Source of the DNA: Verrucomicrobiota bacterium
GTDB lineage: Bacteria; Verrucomicrobiota; Verrucomicrobiia; Limisphaerales; AAA164-E04
Length of the DNA: 64,000 bases
Assembly: GCA_047947115.1 (NCBI GenBank)
Contig: CP170459.1
Span: 2,720,001-2,784,000, forward strand
Reading direction: 5' to 3'
The notes beneath the pieces were generated by a model. It was given only the letters and a program-made list of their open reading frames with translations, was not told the DNA's origin and searched no databases. A program made the translations under genes and the position numbers. Below are positions 1 through 9,221 of the stretch, piece by piece. Numbering within the stretch: the first letter of the stretch is position 1; the number at the start of each line of letters is the position of its first letter.

Positions 1-1500
1 TCCTATCGTTCCCTGGTCGATATCCTGCCGGTTGGTTTGTTCAGGTCCAACACCATGGGTAAATTTACCTATGTCAACAACGTCTTCGCCAATCTGGTGG
101 ACCGGACTGCCGAGTCGCTGGAAGGGGTGGAGTTCAACAAGGTTTTCCATGGAGAATGTTCGGCAAAATTAAAGCAAACACTTTCCAAGGTCATCACCAG
201 CAATACGACGGTTGAAGTCGAATTGCCCGTCGACAAGGATGGGAGCCATCAACGCACTCTGCTGTGCGTGGCAACGCCACTCTATGATCAATATGGAAAG
301 ATCGAAGGCGTTCAAAGTGTCCTGCTGGATGTGACCAATCAGAAGCAGATACAAGCCGACAAAGAAGCATCCAACACCCTTGGCGCTTTGCAGTCTGGCT
401 TGTCCACGATGGCAAATGAATTAAACAACGCTCTGGCTCCAATTTTGTTGGATGCAGAGAATCTCAGGGATTCCGATTTATCTGGTATTCCCAAAGACAC
501 CATCGACCGGATTGAAAGTTCCGTTCAAAAGGCCAGAAGTGTGTTGAGGCCTTTCCTGGTTTCCACTCAGAAAGTGGGGCCGCGTTCAGAGTTGCTGGAT
601 GCTTACAAGATTATCCTGCACAGCTTGGCCGATGTTAAGAATGGATTGCCCGCTTACCTCAAGTTGGAGACAAGTTTGCCGGAGCGGTTGAAGTCTGTTC
701 AAGGAGATGCTTCCTTATTGCACAAGATGTTGGTCAACGTCATGAAAAATGCCGCGGAATCCATGACCCATACGGGGTTGATTTCCGTCGGGGCCGGTCT
801 GGAATTGCTGGATGCCACATCTGATGCTTGTCTTTCTCTGGATTTGAAACCGGGTGAGTATTTGCATATCACCATCAGGGATCAAGGGCAGGGCATTGCG
901 CCACATTTGGTACAACGTGTGTTTGAGCCCTTCTATACGACCAAGGAGGAACCTCATACCGGGGTGGGATTGACTGAGACATTGGGTATAGTCAAGAGCC
1001 ATCACGGAAACCTGAGGCTGGTGAGCGAGCCTTCCAAGGGGACGAATTTCCACATCTACCTTCCTGTGACTGATACCAAGACTCGTCCGGCAGCCAAGAA
1101 CAAGGATATTGTGCCAGCTCTTCAAAGTGCAAACGGCAAGAATCTGATACTGTTTGCTGATGACGAGGACAACATCATCAAATCAGTCACCATGTTGTTG
1201 CGCCACAAGGGTTACAAGGTTATTTCAGCGTCCAACGGCGCGGAAGCACTGTCGAAGTTCAGCGAACATCAGGCGGAGATAGGATTGGTGATTACCGACT
1301 TTGCCATGCCGGTGATGGATGGTCCAGCCCTGATCAGGGCCATTCGGCAGATATCTCCGAGTGTCAGCATTGTGCTCTGCACAGGGATGGAAATGCAGGA
1401 TACCTGTGATGAGATTAGTGGACTGGACATCAATGGTACGATTTTCAAACCATTCAGTGCCGCGACATTGGCGGAGATAGTTGCAACCCATTTGAGTTGA
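1..1500 (+). CDS. PAS-domain hybrid sensor kinase/response regulator, 5'-partial, degenerate H-box
   Basis: Frame is open from base 1. PAS/PAC region, HisKA-like MANELNNALAP, HATPase boxes (NVMKNA, DQGQGI, FEPFYTTK) and C-terminal receiver (ADDE...TDFAMP...KPF). Confidence 0.9.
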   Translation, partial: SYRSLVDILPVGLFRSNTMGKFTYVNNVFANLVDRTAESLEGVEFNKVFHGECSAKLKQTLSKVITSNTTVEVELPVDKDGSHQRTLLCVATPLYDQYGKIEGVQSVLLDVTNQKQIQADKEASNTLGALQSGLSTMANELNNALAPILLDAENLRDSDLSGIPKDTIDRIESSVQKARSVLRPFLVSTQKVGPRSELLDAYKIILHSLADVKNGLPAYLKLETSLPERLKSVQGDASLLHKMLVNVMKNAAESMTHTGLISVGAGLELLDATSDACLSLDLKPGEYLHITIRDQGQGIAPHLVQRVFEPFYTTKEEPHTGVGLTETLGIVKSHHGNLRLVSEPSKGTNFHIYLPVTDTKTRPAAKNKDIVPALQSANGKNLILFADDEDNIIKSVTMLLRHKGYKVISASNGAEALSKFSEHQAEIGLVITDFAMPVMDGPALIRAIRQISPSVSIVLCTGMEMQDTCDEISGLDINGTIFKPFSAATLAEIVATHLS

Positions 1501-1529
1501 AAATTCCCTGGCCCAATCCAGGTTGGGAG

Positions 1530-2654
1530 TCAATCTTCCATCATGCAAAGCAGGCAGGGGATGACAAGGCAGGTGGCGGCGAGTGCGATCAGAAACGTCA
1601 TCGCACAGAGGCTCCCAAACTGAGCCAAAGGCGGAAAGGATGATCCGCTAAAGACGGCAAAGGTGAAGACCAGGATCAGACTTGTAAAAACAATGGGGCG
1701 TCCTTTAACGCTTAAGGTTTCTTCCAGTGCTTTGCTCGGCGGTATTCCAGCAGAATGCATGCGTTGCCAGTAGGCGATAAAATGTACGGCATCGTCGATG
1801 GCGATGCCGAAAGCCATGGCTCCGATCATGACGGTAAAGGTATTGAATGGGATATTCAGCCATCCTGCGGCACCCACCACCAGGATGACTGAGCCCAGGT
1901 TGACGATGACAGCGATCAACCCCAGTTTGACGGATCTCCACAAAAGGACGAGCAGCATCAGGACAATTACGGCCGTCCAGACACTGGATTTGGCAAGACT
2001 CCGCACCATGCGATGGTCTGATTCCATGACTTGGTACAAACCGTCCGTCACGTTTAATTGACATTCCTCAGGCAGTTTTTTTTCAGCGATTTCCACGATG
2101 TCCCGTATCAACTGGACATATTGACTGCCAGGCATGTTCGGTGTGCGAATGATGAGAAACGACCTTTGGAATTCACGATCGGCGAGTGCCTGCATGAACG
2201 GGTAGTTCTGCATTTTCAATACGGTGGCAAAAGTGCCCATCACCAGATCTGATTTGGGGAGTTGGAAAGAGCCGGGAGCTTCCATTTCCCAGATTTGATT
2301 CATCATGGCCAGCAGTTGGGCGTAGGAATAAACACCTGTGACACCCGGTTTGGATGCTGCCTCAGTCTGGAGTTGCTCCAAATAGTTCAATACTTGGCGG
2401 CGATGAAGACCGTTGGGTTTTCCTGTGTCCACCTCCATTTGAAAGATGTTGGCACCCCCGTAAATGTTGTCAAAATGCTCCAAACCTTTGCGCGTTTCAG
2501 TTTCAGGGTTTAAAAACGATTTAATGCGAATATCGATCGATAAATGTTGAATGCCCCACGCTCCCGCTATGACAAGTAAGGCACAAAGCGGAAGGAACCA
2601 GTTTCGATGATTGAGAATGAGTGACAGGAATGGGGGGGGGGCTGTGAAGTTGAG
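1530..2654 (-). CDS. MMPL/RND-family transporter, C-terminal part (frameshifted from the upstream ORF)
   Basis: Multiple TM helices and GIAIDDAVH motif. The frame stays open upstream of the listed 2483 start to a stop at 2655-2657 and encodes a TM helix plus DIRIKSFLNPE. Confidence 0.85.
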   Translation of the reverse strand, partial: LNFTAPPPFLSLILNHRNWFLPLCALLVIAGAWGIQHLSIDIRIKSFLNPETETRKGLEHFDNIYGGANIFQMEVDTGKPNGLHRRQVLNYLEQLQTEAASKPGVTGVYSYAQLLAMMNQIWEMEAPGSFQLPKSDLVMGTFATVLKMQNYPFMQALADREFQRSFLIIRTPNMPGSQYVQLIRDIVEIAEKKLPEECQLNVTDGLYQVMESDHRMVRSLAKSSVWTAVIVLMLLVLLWRSVKLGLIAVIVNLGSVILVVGAAGWLNIPFNTFTVMIGAMAFGIAIDDAVHFIAYWQRMHSAGIPPSKALEETLSVKGRPIVFTSLILVFTFAVFSGSSFPPLAQFGSLCAMTFLIALAATCLVIPCLLCMMED

Positions 2655-3784
2655 TCAAAGTGGAGGCGACCGTTTTCTCGCTGGGAAAGGTTTGTAGGGA
2701 AAAGGAAATTCATCAAAACCATCCCGGGACCGAACGTGGCAAGATAAATCAATGCCACACCAGTCGCTCCCATCAAGCCGATCTCAGCAATGAAGGGGAC
2801 TTCGCTGCCGGCGAGTGAACCGATGCCCACCATGGTGGTCAGGATGGCAAACGAGGCCGATCTGAAGATGCGGGCGATGCCCGTTTGCACTGGATCCAAC
2901 GTTCCTTGGCGCAAGCATTGCTGGCATGAAGAGATGCAGTGCATGAGGAGGGTCCATTGAATCGTGGCCCAAAAAGGAAGCAACAGCCAGGCGCTCAATG
3001 GGATTCCAGTGCCTGTAAGGGAGAGAACGGCCATCCCCAATAAAAGGCAAAGCACCGATTGAATCAGCATGAACAGCATCAGGCGTAATGAACGTGTGAA
3101 TACCATCAGCATGAGCGTGATGCCGAGTGCCAGGGTCGGAAGCATCCATCGAATATCTTGTCTCAATGATTGCCGCACTTCGTGCTCCGCAAGTGGTAGA
3201 GCGAGATACTTGAACTGGAATCCCCGCTGTGTCCATGGATTTAACAATGCTTTCAGTCTGGGCAGCAGGTTCGTCTGCTGATGCCGGTTCAGCGATTCCC
3301 CGAAGGTGACATTGATCAAAGTATCGCGACCATTCGCAGAAACCATGACATTGCGAATGAGTGGATTGTTGAGGGAATAATCCTCCAGTTTTTTCAAGCC
3401 GGCTTTGTCCAGGCTGTTCGTAGTGGCCAGAGGGACCATTTGAAAACTGAATCCGGAACGGATTGGCTTATAGGAATGCGTCAGGCTCTTGATATCGGAT
3501 GCGCCTTCCAGGGACATGAGGGTCTCGCTTACTTCGTGCAGAGCAGTGAGTCCTTCAGGAGAGAATACACCTTTTGGACATTCCATGCTGACGACCAGCA
3601 CGTCCTGGTTGTTCAGGATCCCCCGTAATTTTGAGAAGGTTTCCTGCTGGCGTTGGTCAGTTTCAAGAAGTTTGTCTGCCTGAGGGGCAAATTGAATTTT
3701 CTTTGCCTCAAAGAACACAGGGATCAAGCAGATCAACAGGACCCACCCCATGCTCTTGGGAAACTTGAGAAACGGGTTGATCAT
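2567..3784 (-). CDS. MMPL/RND-family transporter, N-terminal part
   Basis: N-terminal TM, periplasmic domain and TM bundle. Joins the downstream part if the G7 tract at 2632-2638 is G8 (joined length 751 aa). Confidence 0.85.
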   Translation of the reverse strand: MINPFLKFPKSMGWVLLICLIPVFFEAKKIQFAPQADKLLETDQRQQETFSKLRGILNNQDVLVVSMECPKGVFSPEGLTALHEVSETLMSLEGASDIKSLTHSYKPIRSGFSFQMVPLATTNSLDKAGLKKLEDYSLNNPLIRNVMVSANGRDTLINVTFGESLNRHQQTNLLPRLKALLNPWTQRGFQFKYLALPLAEHEVRQSLRQDIRWMLPTLALGITLMLMVFTRSLRLMLFMLIQSVLCLLLGMAVLSLTGTGIPLSAWLLLPFWATIQWTLLMHCISSCQQCLRQGTLDPVQTGIARIFRSASFAILTTMVGIGSLAGSEVPFIAEIGLMGATGVALIYLATFGPGMVLMNFLFPTNLSQRENGRLHFDSTSQPPPHSCHSFSIIETGSFRFVPYLS

Positions 3785-3835
3785 GTTTTTGAATGCATCC
3801 GGTGTTTTAGTGGAAAGGGTGGGACGCCCAATGGG

Positions 3836-4912
3836 TCAATGCTTCGCCGGTGGCCACGGCAGGTCGCCGGCCACGGCCGTTTTCATGCTCCATAAATGGC
3901 CTCCTGCCGTGATGTAAAGCGTTTTCAAATCATCTCCTCCAAAGGCGCAGTTGGTGACCTCATCATTGGGGATGGATACCTGATCCAACAAGTCACCCCT
4001 CGCCGAAAAAACATAAATGCCAGCGGGATGGGGATCCCTGGTCTCGTGGGGTGGGTGATCCTTGTTCAGGCCTGCTGCCACGTAAACACGGCCAAGCACA
4101 TCCTGGGTCATGCCATCCGGACCTCGGGATGTTTTCCAGTCGAAGATCAGTTTTTGACTTCGGAGATTGAGTGTTCCATCTGATTTGAATTTAAACTGCC
4201 ACAGTTTACGTGCTCCCTGATGTGTATTGTTGTTATTATCTGCCACGTAAAGGTATTTACCGTCTCGCGAAACAAGTACACCGTTCGGGCGGTCGACTTC
4301 ATGGGTGATGACCCGGGTGACGCTGCCATCGAGCTGGATGCAGTAGACCCCTTCTACCAGGTTTCCATCTCCATCCCTCATTTCCATGCTGGATCGGTCC
4401 CCGTACCGGGGATCGGAAAAGTATATCCTGCCGGCTTCGTCCACAGTGATGTCATTGGGTGTGTTGTAGCGTGCACCCTGATAATTGGTCGTGAGAACGG
4501 TCAGTGTGCCGTCCAATTCCTGTCGGGTGACTCGACGTTGCGCCGGTTCGCAGGCCAGCAGTCGACCATGATGGTCGAACAGCAATCCATTGGTCCCGGC
4601 ATTTTCCCGGTGGACCGCAATGCTTCTGGAGAGTTGCCAGCGTTGAATGTTTTGATTGCCACTGAAGAGCAATCCCAACTCCGGGTGCCAGGCGGGACCC
4701 TCGCCCGCTCCTTCTGTGAGCCATTCAACCGGGGTCGCATGGTGAGCCCAGATGGGAGTTTGTTTGTCGGGGAGCGTCCTGCACCCCGATTGGATCAGCA
4801 ACACAGCGATGCACAACAAGCCTGCCATACATCGGCTCGTCGATAATAGAAAATACGATGCGGCAGGATGGTTGGGTAAGTGCCGGTGCAACTGCTCGTC
4901 ATGGGTGCGCAT
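3836..4912 (-). CDS. SMP-30/gluconolactonase/LRE family protein, probable lipoprotein
   Basis: EGPAW, NGL, PND, PNG, GPDGM and VTNCAFGG motifs; lipobox-like LIQSG-C. True start may be the ATG at 4828. Confidence 0.9.
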   Translation of the reverse strand: MRTHDEQLHRHLPNHPAASYFLLSTSRCMAGLLCIAVLLIQSGCRTLPDKQTPIWAHHATPVEWLTEGAGEGPAWHPELGLLFSGNQNIQRWQLSRSIAVHRENAGTNGLLFDHHGRLLACEPAQRRVTRQELDGTLTVLTTNYQGARYNTPNDITVDEAGRIYFSDPRYGDRSSMEMRDGDGNLVEGVYCIQLDGSVTRVITHEVDRPNGVLVSRDGKYLYVADNNNNTHQGARKLWQFKFKSDGTLNLRSQKLIFDWKTSRGPDGMTQDVLGRVYVAAGLNKDHPPHETRDPHPAGIYVFSARGDLLDQVSIPNDEVTNCAFGGDDLKTLYITAGGHLWSMKTAVAGDLPWPPAKH

Positions 4913-5044
4913 GAACCCATGTTACCTTCAGGTTGTTCCGTTCGCAAGAGTCCGTTGTAGCTGGGGAAATCACGTCGTCCGGCAGTGTTTGGGGTGCTTC
5001 TGTGTTTTTGTGTGGATGCGTCAGTTACTTATTCCTTCATTCCG

Positions 5045-5809
5045 CTACCACTCCCCACCTCTGGAAAATTTCTGGTGGGCGGCTTTGCTGAACTGAATGG
5101 AAGCTTCGTCTATGCTCCTCAGAATTTCTTCATTGGTGAGTCCGGTGCATGAACGCGCTGCGTCAATGACTGTGTCGCACTCATTGTTATCCATGAAACG
5201 TGCCGCTTCGAGGACCCGTTTCTCATCTTCGCGGGGGATGGCCAGGAATCCGTGTTTGTCAGCATGAATCAATTGACCTGGTTGGATGGTTTGACCGAAA
5301 ACTTCTACAGTACCGCCCCAGGCAACCGGCCAGGCATAGGCGTGTCCGATGCACAATCTTCGTGCCAGCGCCTTGAAACCACTGTTGGTCATTTCATCCA
5401 GATCTCTGATGGCTCCGTCTGTGATGGTTCCGATGCATCCAAGGGCCTTGTGCACATTGGCATTGACTTCGCCCCAGAACGAACCAATGACGTCGGGTTT
5501 GTCCAGATCCTGAACGATGACGATCTTGGGGCCGGGTTGGCTTGCGATATATTCCCGGTAAGCTCTCCAGGCTCCTTGACGCGCATGGGGGTGTTCAGGT
5601 TCGGATGGTTCGATGACCAACGTTACCGCATACCCTACCATTGGCCCCATTGAGGGCATGAAATCGGTGGTTTCTTCCAGATTGATTCCGTCTCGTGTCC
5701 GGTCGAGCCGGGTTATTTGTTCCCATCCATTGTAGATGGTCGGTGTGTTCCACCTTTTCAATTGCAGTAATTCCGAATGGCTCAGCCTGACTTCTTGTGC
5801 GTCTTGCAT
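5045..5809 (-). CDS. RraA family protein (HMG/CHA aldolase-like)
   Basis: PMVGYAVT, FWGEVN, TDGAIRDL and PGQLIHADKHG motifs. Confidence 0.85.
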   Translation of the reverse strand: MQDAQEVRLSHSELLQLKRWNTPTIYNGWEQITRLDRTRDGINLEETTDFMPSMGPMVGYAVTLVIEPSEPEHPHARQGAWRAYREYIASQPGPKIVIVQDLDKPDVIGSFWGEVNANVHKALGCIGTITDGAIRDLDEMTNSGFKALARRLCIGHAYAWPVAWGGTVEVFGQTIQPGQLIHADKHGFLAIPREDEKRVLEAARFMDNNECDTVIDAARSCTGLTNEEILRSIDEASIQFSKAAHQKFSRGGEW

Positions 5810-5832
5810 ATTAAAAGTAACTCCCGTGTTTG

Positions 5833-6666
5833 TTAAATCACCAGATTTTCTTCCGATACCGCTGAGGTGTCATCCCCCAGAATTGTTTTCATTTCCTTGA
5901 TTTCCTGTCGCAGTGCCCGGGTGAACAGATAAAGGTCATTGCTGCGAACAATAAAGTTTTCCCCATCCCTGGCCCATTTGGCATGGAGTTGAGGATCTTC
6001 ACAAAAGTGGTTCCCTGCGATCAATCCTTTCGATCTTGCTTTGGTGATGATGGTGCGGATGGCATTATGGAAATCCGGGTGATCGTATTGTTCCGGAATC
6101 CCAAGACTGCAAGACAGGTCGTGCGGTCCGATCAGCACACCATCGAGCCCTGGAACCGAGAGTATCTCATCCAGATTTTCAATGGCCGGTCGGCTTTCGA
6201 TGTTGATTAACAAGAAATGATTGCGGTTTTTGGTTTCGAGATATGCGTTCAGATTGGGTTCCAGAGGAGTTCCTGTGTTCAGGAAGTGATCCAACCGCTT
6301 GCCTTTCAAAGGGCGCCATTTGACGGCTCCGACCAATGCTCGAACCTGATCAGGAGATTCAATATAAGGGGCGATTAGCCCAACGGCACCTCCGTCCAGC
6401 ACCTGGCAGGCTTCGTAGGGATCAGGGCTTGGGATGCGAACCACGGGGGGGAGTCCCAATGCAGCATACGTCCGGCACATCCATGATAATTCGGTTCGAT
6501 GAAGGGCGATGTGCTCGGTGTCGATGAATACAAAATCTATCCCTGTTTTGGCAACCAGCGGAGGCCATAGAGGCGATGCTGTCAGGATTGCTGTGCCGTA
6601 AGCGCGTTTCCCTTCAGCCAGGTGTTGTTTGAGTTTGAAACCATCCATTTTGCGAGCTGCGATCAT
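5833..6666 (-). CDS. HpcH/HpaI class II pyruvate aldolase family protein
   Basis: DFVFIDTEH, VRIP, LDGGAVG, NIES and IGPHDLS motifs. Confidence 0.9.
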   Translation of the reverse strand: MIAARKMDGFKLKQHLAEGKRAYGTAILTASPLWPPLVAKTGIDFVFIDTEHIALHRTELSWMCRTYAALGLPPVVRIPSPDPYEACQVLDGGAVGLIAPYIESPDQVRALVGAVKWRPLKGKRLDHFLNTGTPLEPNLNAYLETKNRNHFLLINIESRPAIENLDEILSVPGLDGVLIGPHDLSCSLGIPEQYDHPDFHNAIRTIITKARSKGLIAGNHFCEDPQLHAKWARDGENFIVRSNDLYLFTRALRQEIKEMKTILGDDTSAVSEENLVI

Positions 6667-6841
6667 GATGGTTATTGGGCTGCTTGTCTATCTGGAAAAC
6701 GGCGGGCCCCTACCATGATCCATTTCGTTTTCGCCACAGTGATGATGGTTTGTTCGCAATGGTTGAAAATAAACAGGTTATTCAGGTTGTTCAATTCTGT
6801 AACTATTTAAAAATGAATTAAAATCATTTAAAAAGAGGCAG

Positions 6842-6890
6842 AATGACTCATTAAATCAAAATGACTCAGTAAATGCGTCAAAAGTAGTCA
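6842..6890. promoter_or_regulatory. Repeated AATGACTCA-like boxes in the AT-rich divergent intergenic region (candidate regulator sites)
   Basis: AATGACTCA at 6842 and 6860, AATGCGTCA at 6872, AAGTAGTCA at 6882. Confidence 0.4.
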
Positions 6891-7086
6891 TTAAATTCAA
6901 TGGAAATATGATTGGAAATTTGTAAACCATTAATAATAAGCAAAAATTGAATAAATAAAAAACGGGTACAAAACCTGATAGATGTATGGAGTAATGAGCA
7001 TCGAGCAGGGAGTCCTGCTCTGAAAGAAAAGGCAAGGGCCTTTCGCAATGACAAAACTTATAAACAACAAGAAAGGATACATTATT

Positions 7087-7551
7087 ATGAACACACTCAC
7101 ATTGTTTGATCGCAAATGGAACCCATTCAAAGAAATGGAAGACTTACAGAACAGACTGAACCATTACTTTGGAACACCGACCCCAACCCGCACAGCTGAT
7201 GAAGAGTCCATGGCGCCAGCACGTTGGGCTCCTTTGGTGGATATCGTTGAGGATGAGAAGGAATACTTGATCAAGGCTGAATTACCGGAAATCAAAAAAG
7301 ACGATATTTCGGTCAAGGTTGAAAAAGGCGTCCTTTCGATAGCCGGTGAACGCAAATTCGAGAAAGAAGAAAAGGACAAGAAATATCATCGAGTTGAAAG
7401 GTCTTACGGTCACTTCACTCGAACCTTCAGTTTCCCTGAAGATGCTGATGCGGATCACGTAAAAGCAGAATTCAAGGATGGCGTCTTGCTGGTTCATCTT
7501 CCGAAAGCAGAGAAGGCGAAGCCTAAGCAGATCGAAGTGAGCGTTGCCTGA
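7087..7551 (+). CDS. Hsp20/alpha-crystallin small heat-shock protein
   Basis: WAPLVDI, AELPEI, ERSYGHFTRTF, AEFKDGVL and IEV motifs. The ATG at 7087 follows an AAGAAAGGA RBS. Confidence 0.95.
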   Translation: MNTLTLFDRKWNPFKEMEDLQNRLNHYFGTPTPTRTADEESMAPARWAPLVDIVEDEKEYLIKAELPEIKKDDISVKVEKGVLSIAGERKFEKEEKDKKYHRVERSYGHFTRTFSFPEDADADHVKAEFKDGVLLVHLPKAEKAKPKQIEVSVA

Positions 7552-7571
7552 CCAACCCGATTCGAATAAGA

Positions 7572-7617
7572 AAAGCGCGTGATCGGAGCAACCCCTTGCT
7601 GATCACGCGCTTTGTTT
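7572..7617 (+). terminator. Intrinsic terminator between the convergent hsp20 and oxidoreductase genes
   Basis: AAAGCGCGTGATC...GATCACGCGCTTT stem followed by GTTT. Confidence 0.75.
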
Positions 7618-7645
7618 CAAACCGGAGGAAAACCGGGGTTTTCCT

Positions 7646-9001
7646 CTAGGCCATCCAACCCGGTCGATATTCGCGCTGGATGATGTCTGAAATATCCATG
7701 TTCTTTGCCTGCAGACGTGTGCTGTCCCACTCGATCTTACCGCCGACTCTGAGTGCGGCATTCCCCAGCAGGATGGCTTCTGTCATTTGGGAGGCATAAT
7801 CAAAATTCGACATGGCAGGGCGACCTCCACGCATGGCTTCCACCCATTCGTTCTTCATGCCTTGGTCACCTTGACCATTCCGCGGCAGCCAGGGTGACGG
7901 TCCTTCATAGTCCTTAAAGTCGTCTCCTGGCAAGAGTTTCCAGTCAGAACCATAATCATTTGGTGAATAAAGCACCCCTTTGTCACCGACGAGCAATGAA
8001 CCGCTGTTGGTTGGCTTTTCACCGTAAAAGAGGTCGAGAGGAGGGAGATTTTTCTTACCGTCGGGGAATTTTCCTTCGTACCAGTAATAAGAAACCGGCG
8101 GCATGGTGCCACGGGCGCCAAACTCCGTTTTGGTGGTTGCCCAGGCTGGGAAGGTTTCGTTGTTGATGGGACCGTGATTGATGGATTCAACGCTGAGTGG
8201 GTGCCCCAAATTGAGAGCCATGAAGGCCAGGTTGGCGGTGTGACAGCTCATATCCCCAATGGCTCCCGTGCCAAAGTCCAACCAGCCACGCCAGTTAAAG
8301 GGGTGGTAGGAAGGGTGATAAGGTCGGTCCGGCGCCACGCCCAGGAAGAGATACCAATCCACATGATTGGGAACGGGCGGAGTGTCGGTCGGCCTGGTGG
8401 TGATATCTGGAGCCTGGGGCCAGACCGGGCGGTTGGTCCACACATGGACTTCCCTTACCGGTCCTATTGCTCCTGATTGAATCACTTCAACTCCGCGTCT
8501 TAGGCCGTTGGATGCCGTGCCCTGATTGCCCATTTGAGTGGCAACTTTATATTGGCGAGCAACTTGCCCCATTCGGCGTGCTTCATAAATTGAATGGGTG
8601 AGGGGTTTCTGGCAATACACATGTTTGCCAAGGCTCATGGCCATCAACCCGGCAGGAGCGTGCATGTGGTCAGGTGTGCTGATGGTGACCGCATCAATTT
8701 CCGAATGCATTTCTTCCAGCATCTTGCGGAAATCCTTGTAACGCTTGGCACCGGGAAATTTCTCCCCCTTTTCGTTCATCTTGTTCAGATCAATGTCGCA
8801 AAGAGCCACCACGTCTCCAAGGTTTCCGGCCTGATCAATATCCCCTGATCCTTTTCCTCCAATTCCGATCCCCGCAAAAGCGATGCGATCATTGGCTCCG
8901 AAAACACGTTTTGGGAAAAAATTGAAGGAGAAGGCGGTCGCCGCAGCAGTGCCGATAAATGAGCGACGCGACACATACGTTTTGGAGAATTTTTTCGTCA
9001 T
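7646..9001 (-). CDS. Gfo/Idh/MocA oxidoreductase with Tat signal
   Basis: SRRSFIG twin-arginine signal, GIGIGGKG, STPDHMH, CQKPL and GDMSCH motifs. Start set at ATG 9001. Confidence 0.92.
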   Translation of the reverse strand: MTKKFSKTYVSRRSFIGTAAATAFSFNFFPKRVFGANDRIAFAGIGIGGKGSGDIDQAGNLGDVVALCDIDLNKMNEKGEKFPGAKRYKDFRKMLEEMHSEIDAVTISTPDHMHAPAGLMAMSLGKHVYCQKPLTHSIYEARRMGQVARQYKVATQMGNQGTASNGLRRGVEVIQSGAIGPVREVHVWTNRPVWPQAPDITTRPTDTPPVPNHVDWYLFLGVAPDRPYHPSYHPFNWRGWLDFGTGAIGDMSCHTANLAFMALNLGHPLSVESINHGPINNETFPAWATTKTEFGARGTMPPVSYYWYEGKFPDGKKNLPPLDLFYGEKPTNSGSLLVGDKGVLYSPNDYGSDWKLLPGDDFKDYEGPSPWLPRNGQGDQGMKNEWVEAMRGGRPAMSNFDYASQMTEAILLGNAALRVGGKIEWDSTRLQAKNMDISDIIQREYRPGWMA

Positions 9002-9221
9002 ATTCTTTTTATCTGAGTTAATGGGCTTTCTCAACTGGAATGGATACGAAACTAAGAAAATAATCCGCGAAAGGCAAGGCTTGTTGTGTGAATAATGAAG
9101 GGCTTCATGTGCTTGGTTTTTCTCTTCGTGACTTTTTTGGAACGAATTTGTTGGACCCATCCGGGCTTGGATTTTATGCTGCTTCCAGCAGTTAACCAAA
9201 AAAAGTAAATCACGCTGAACC

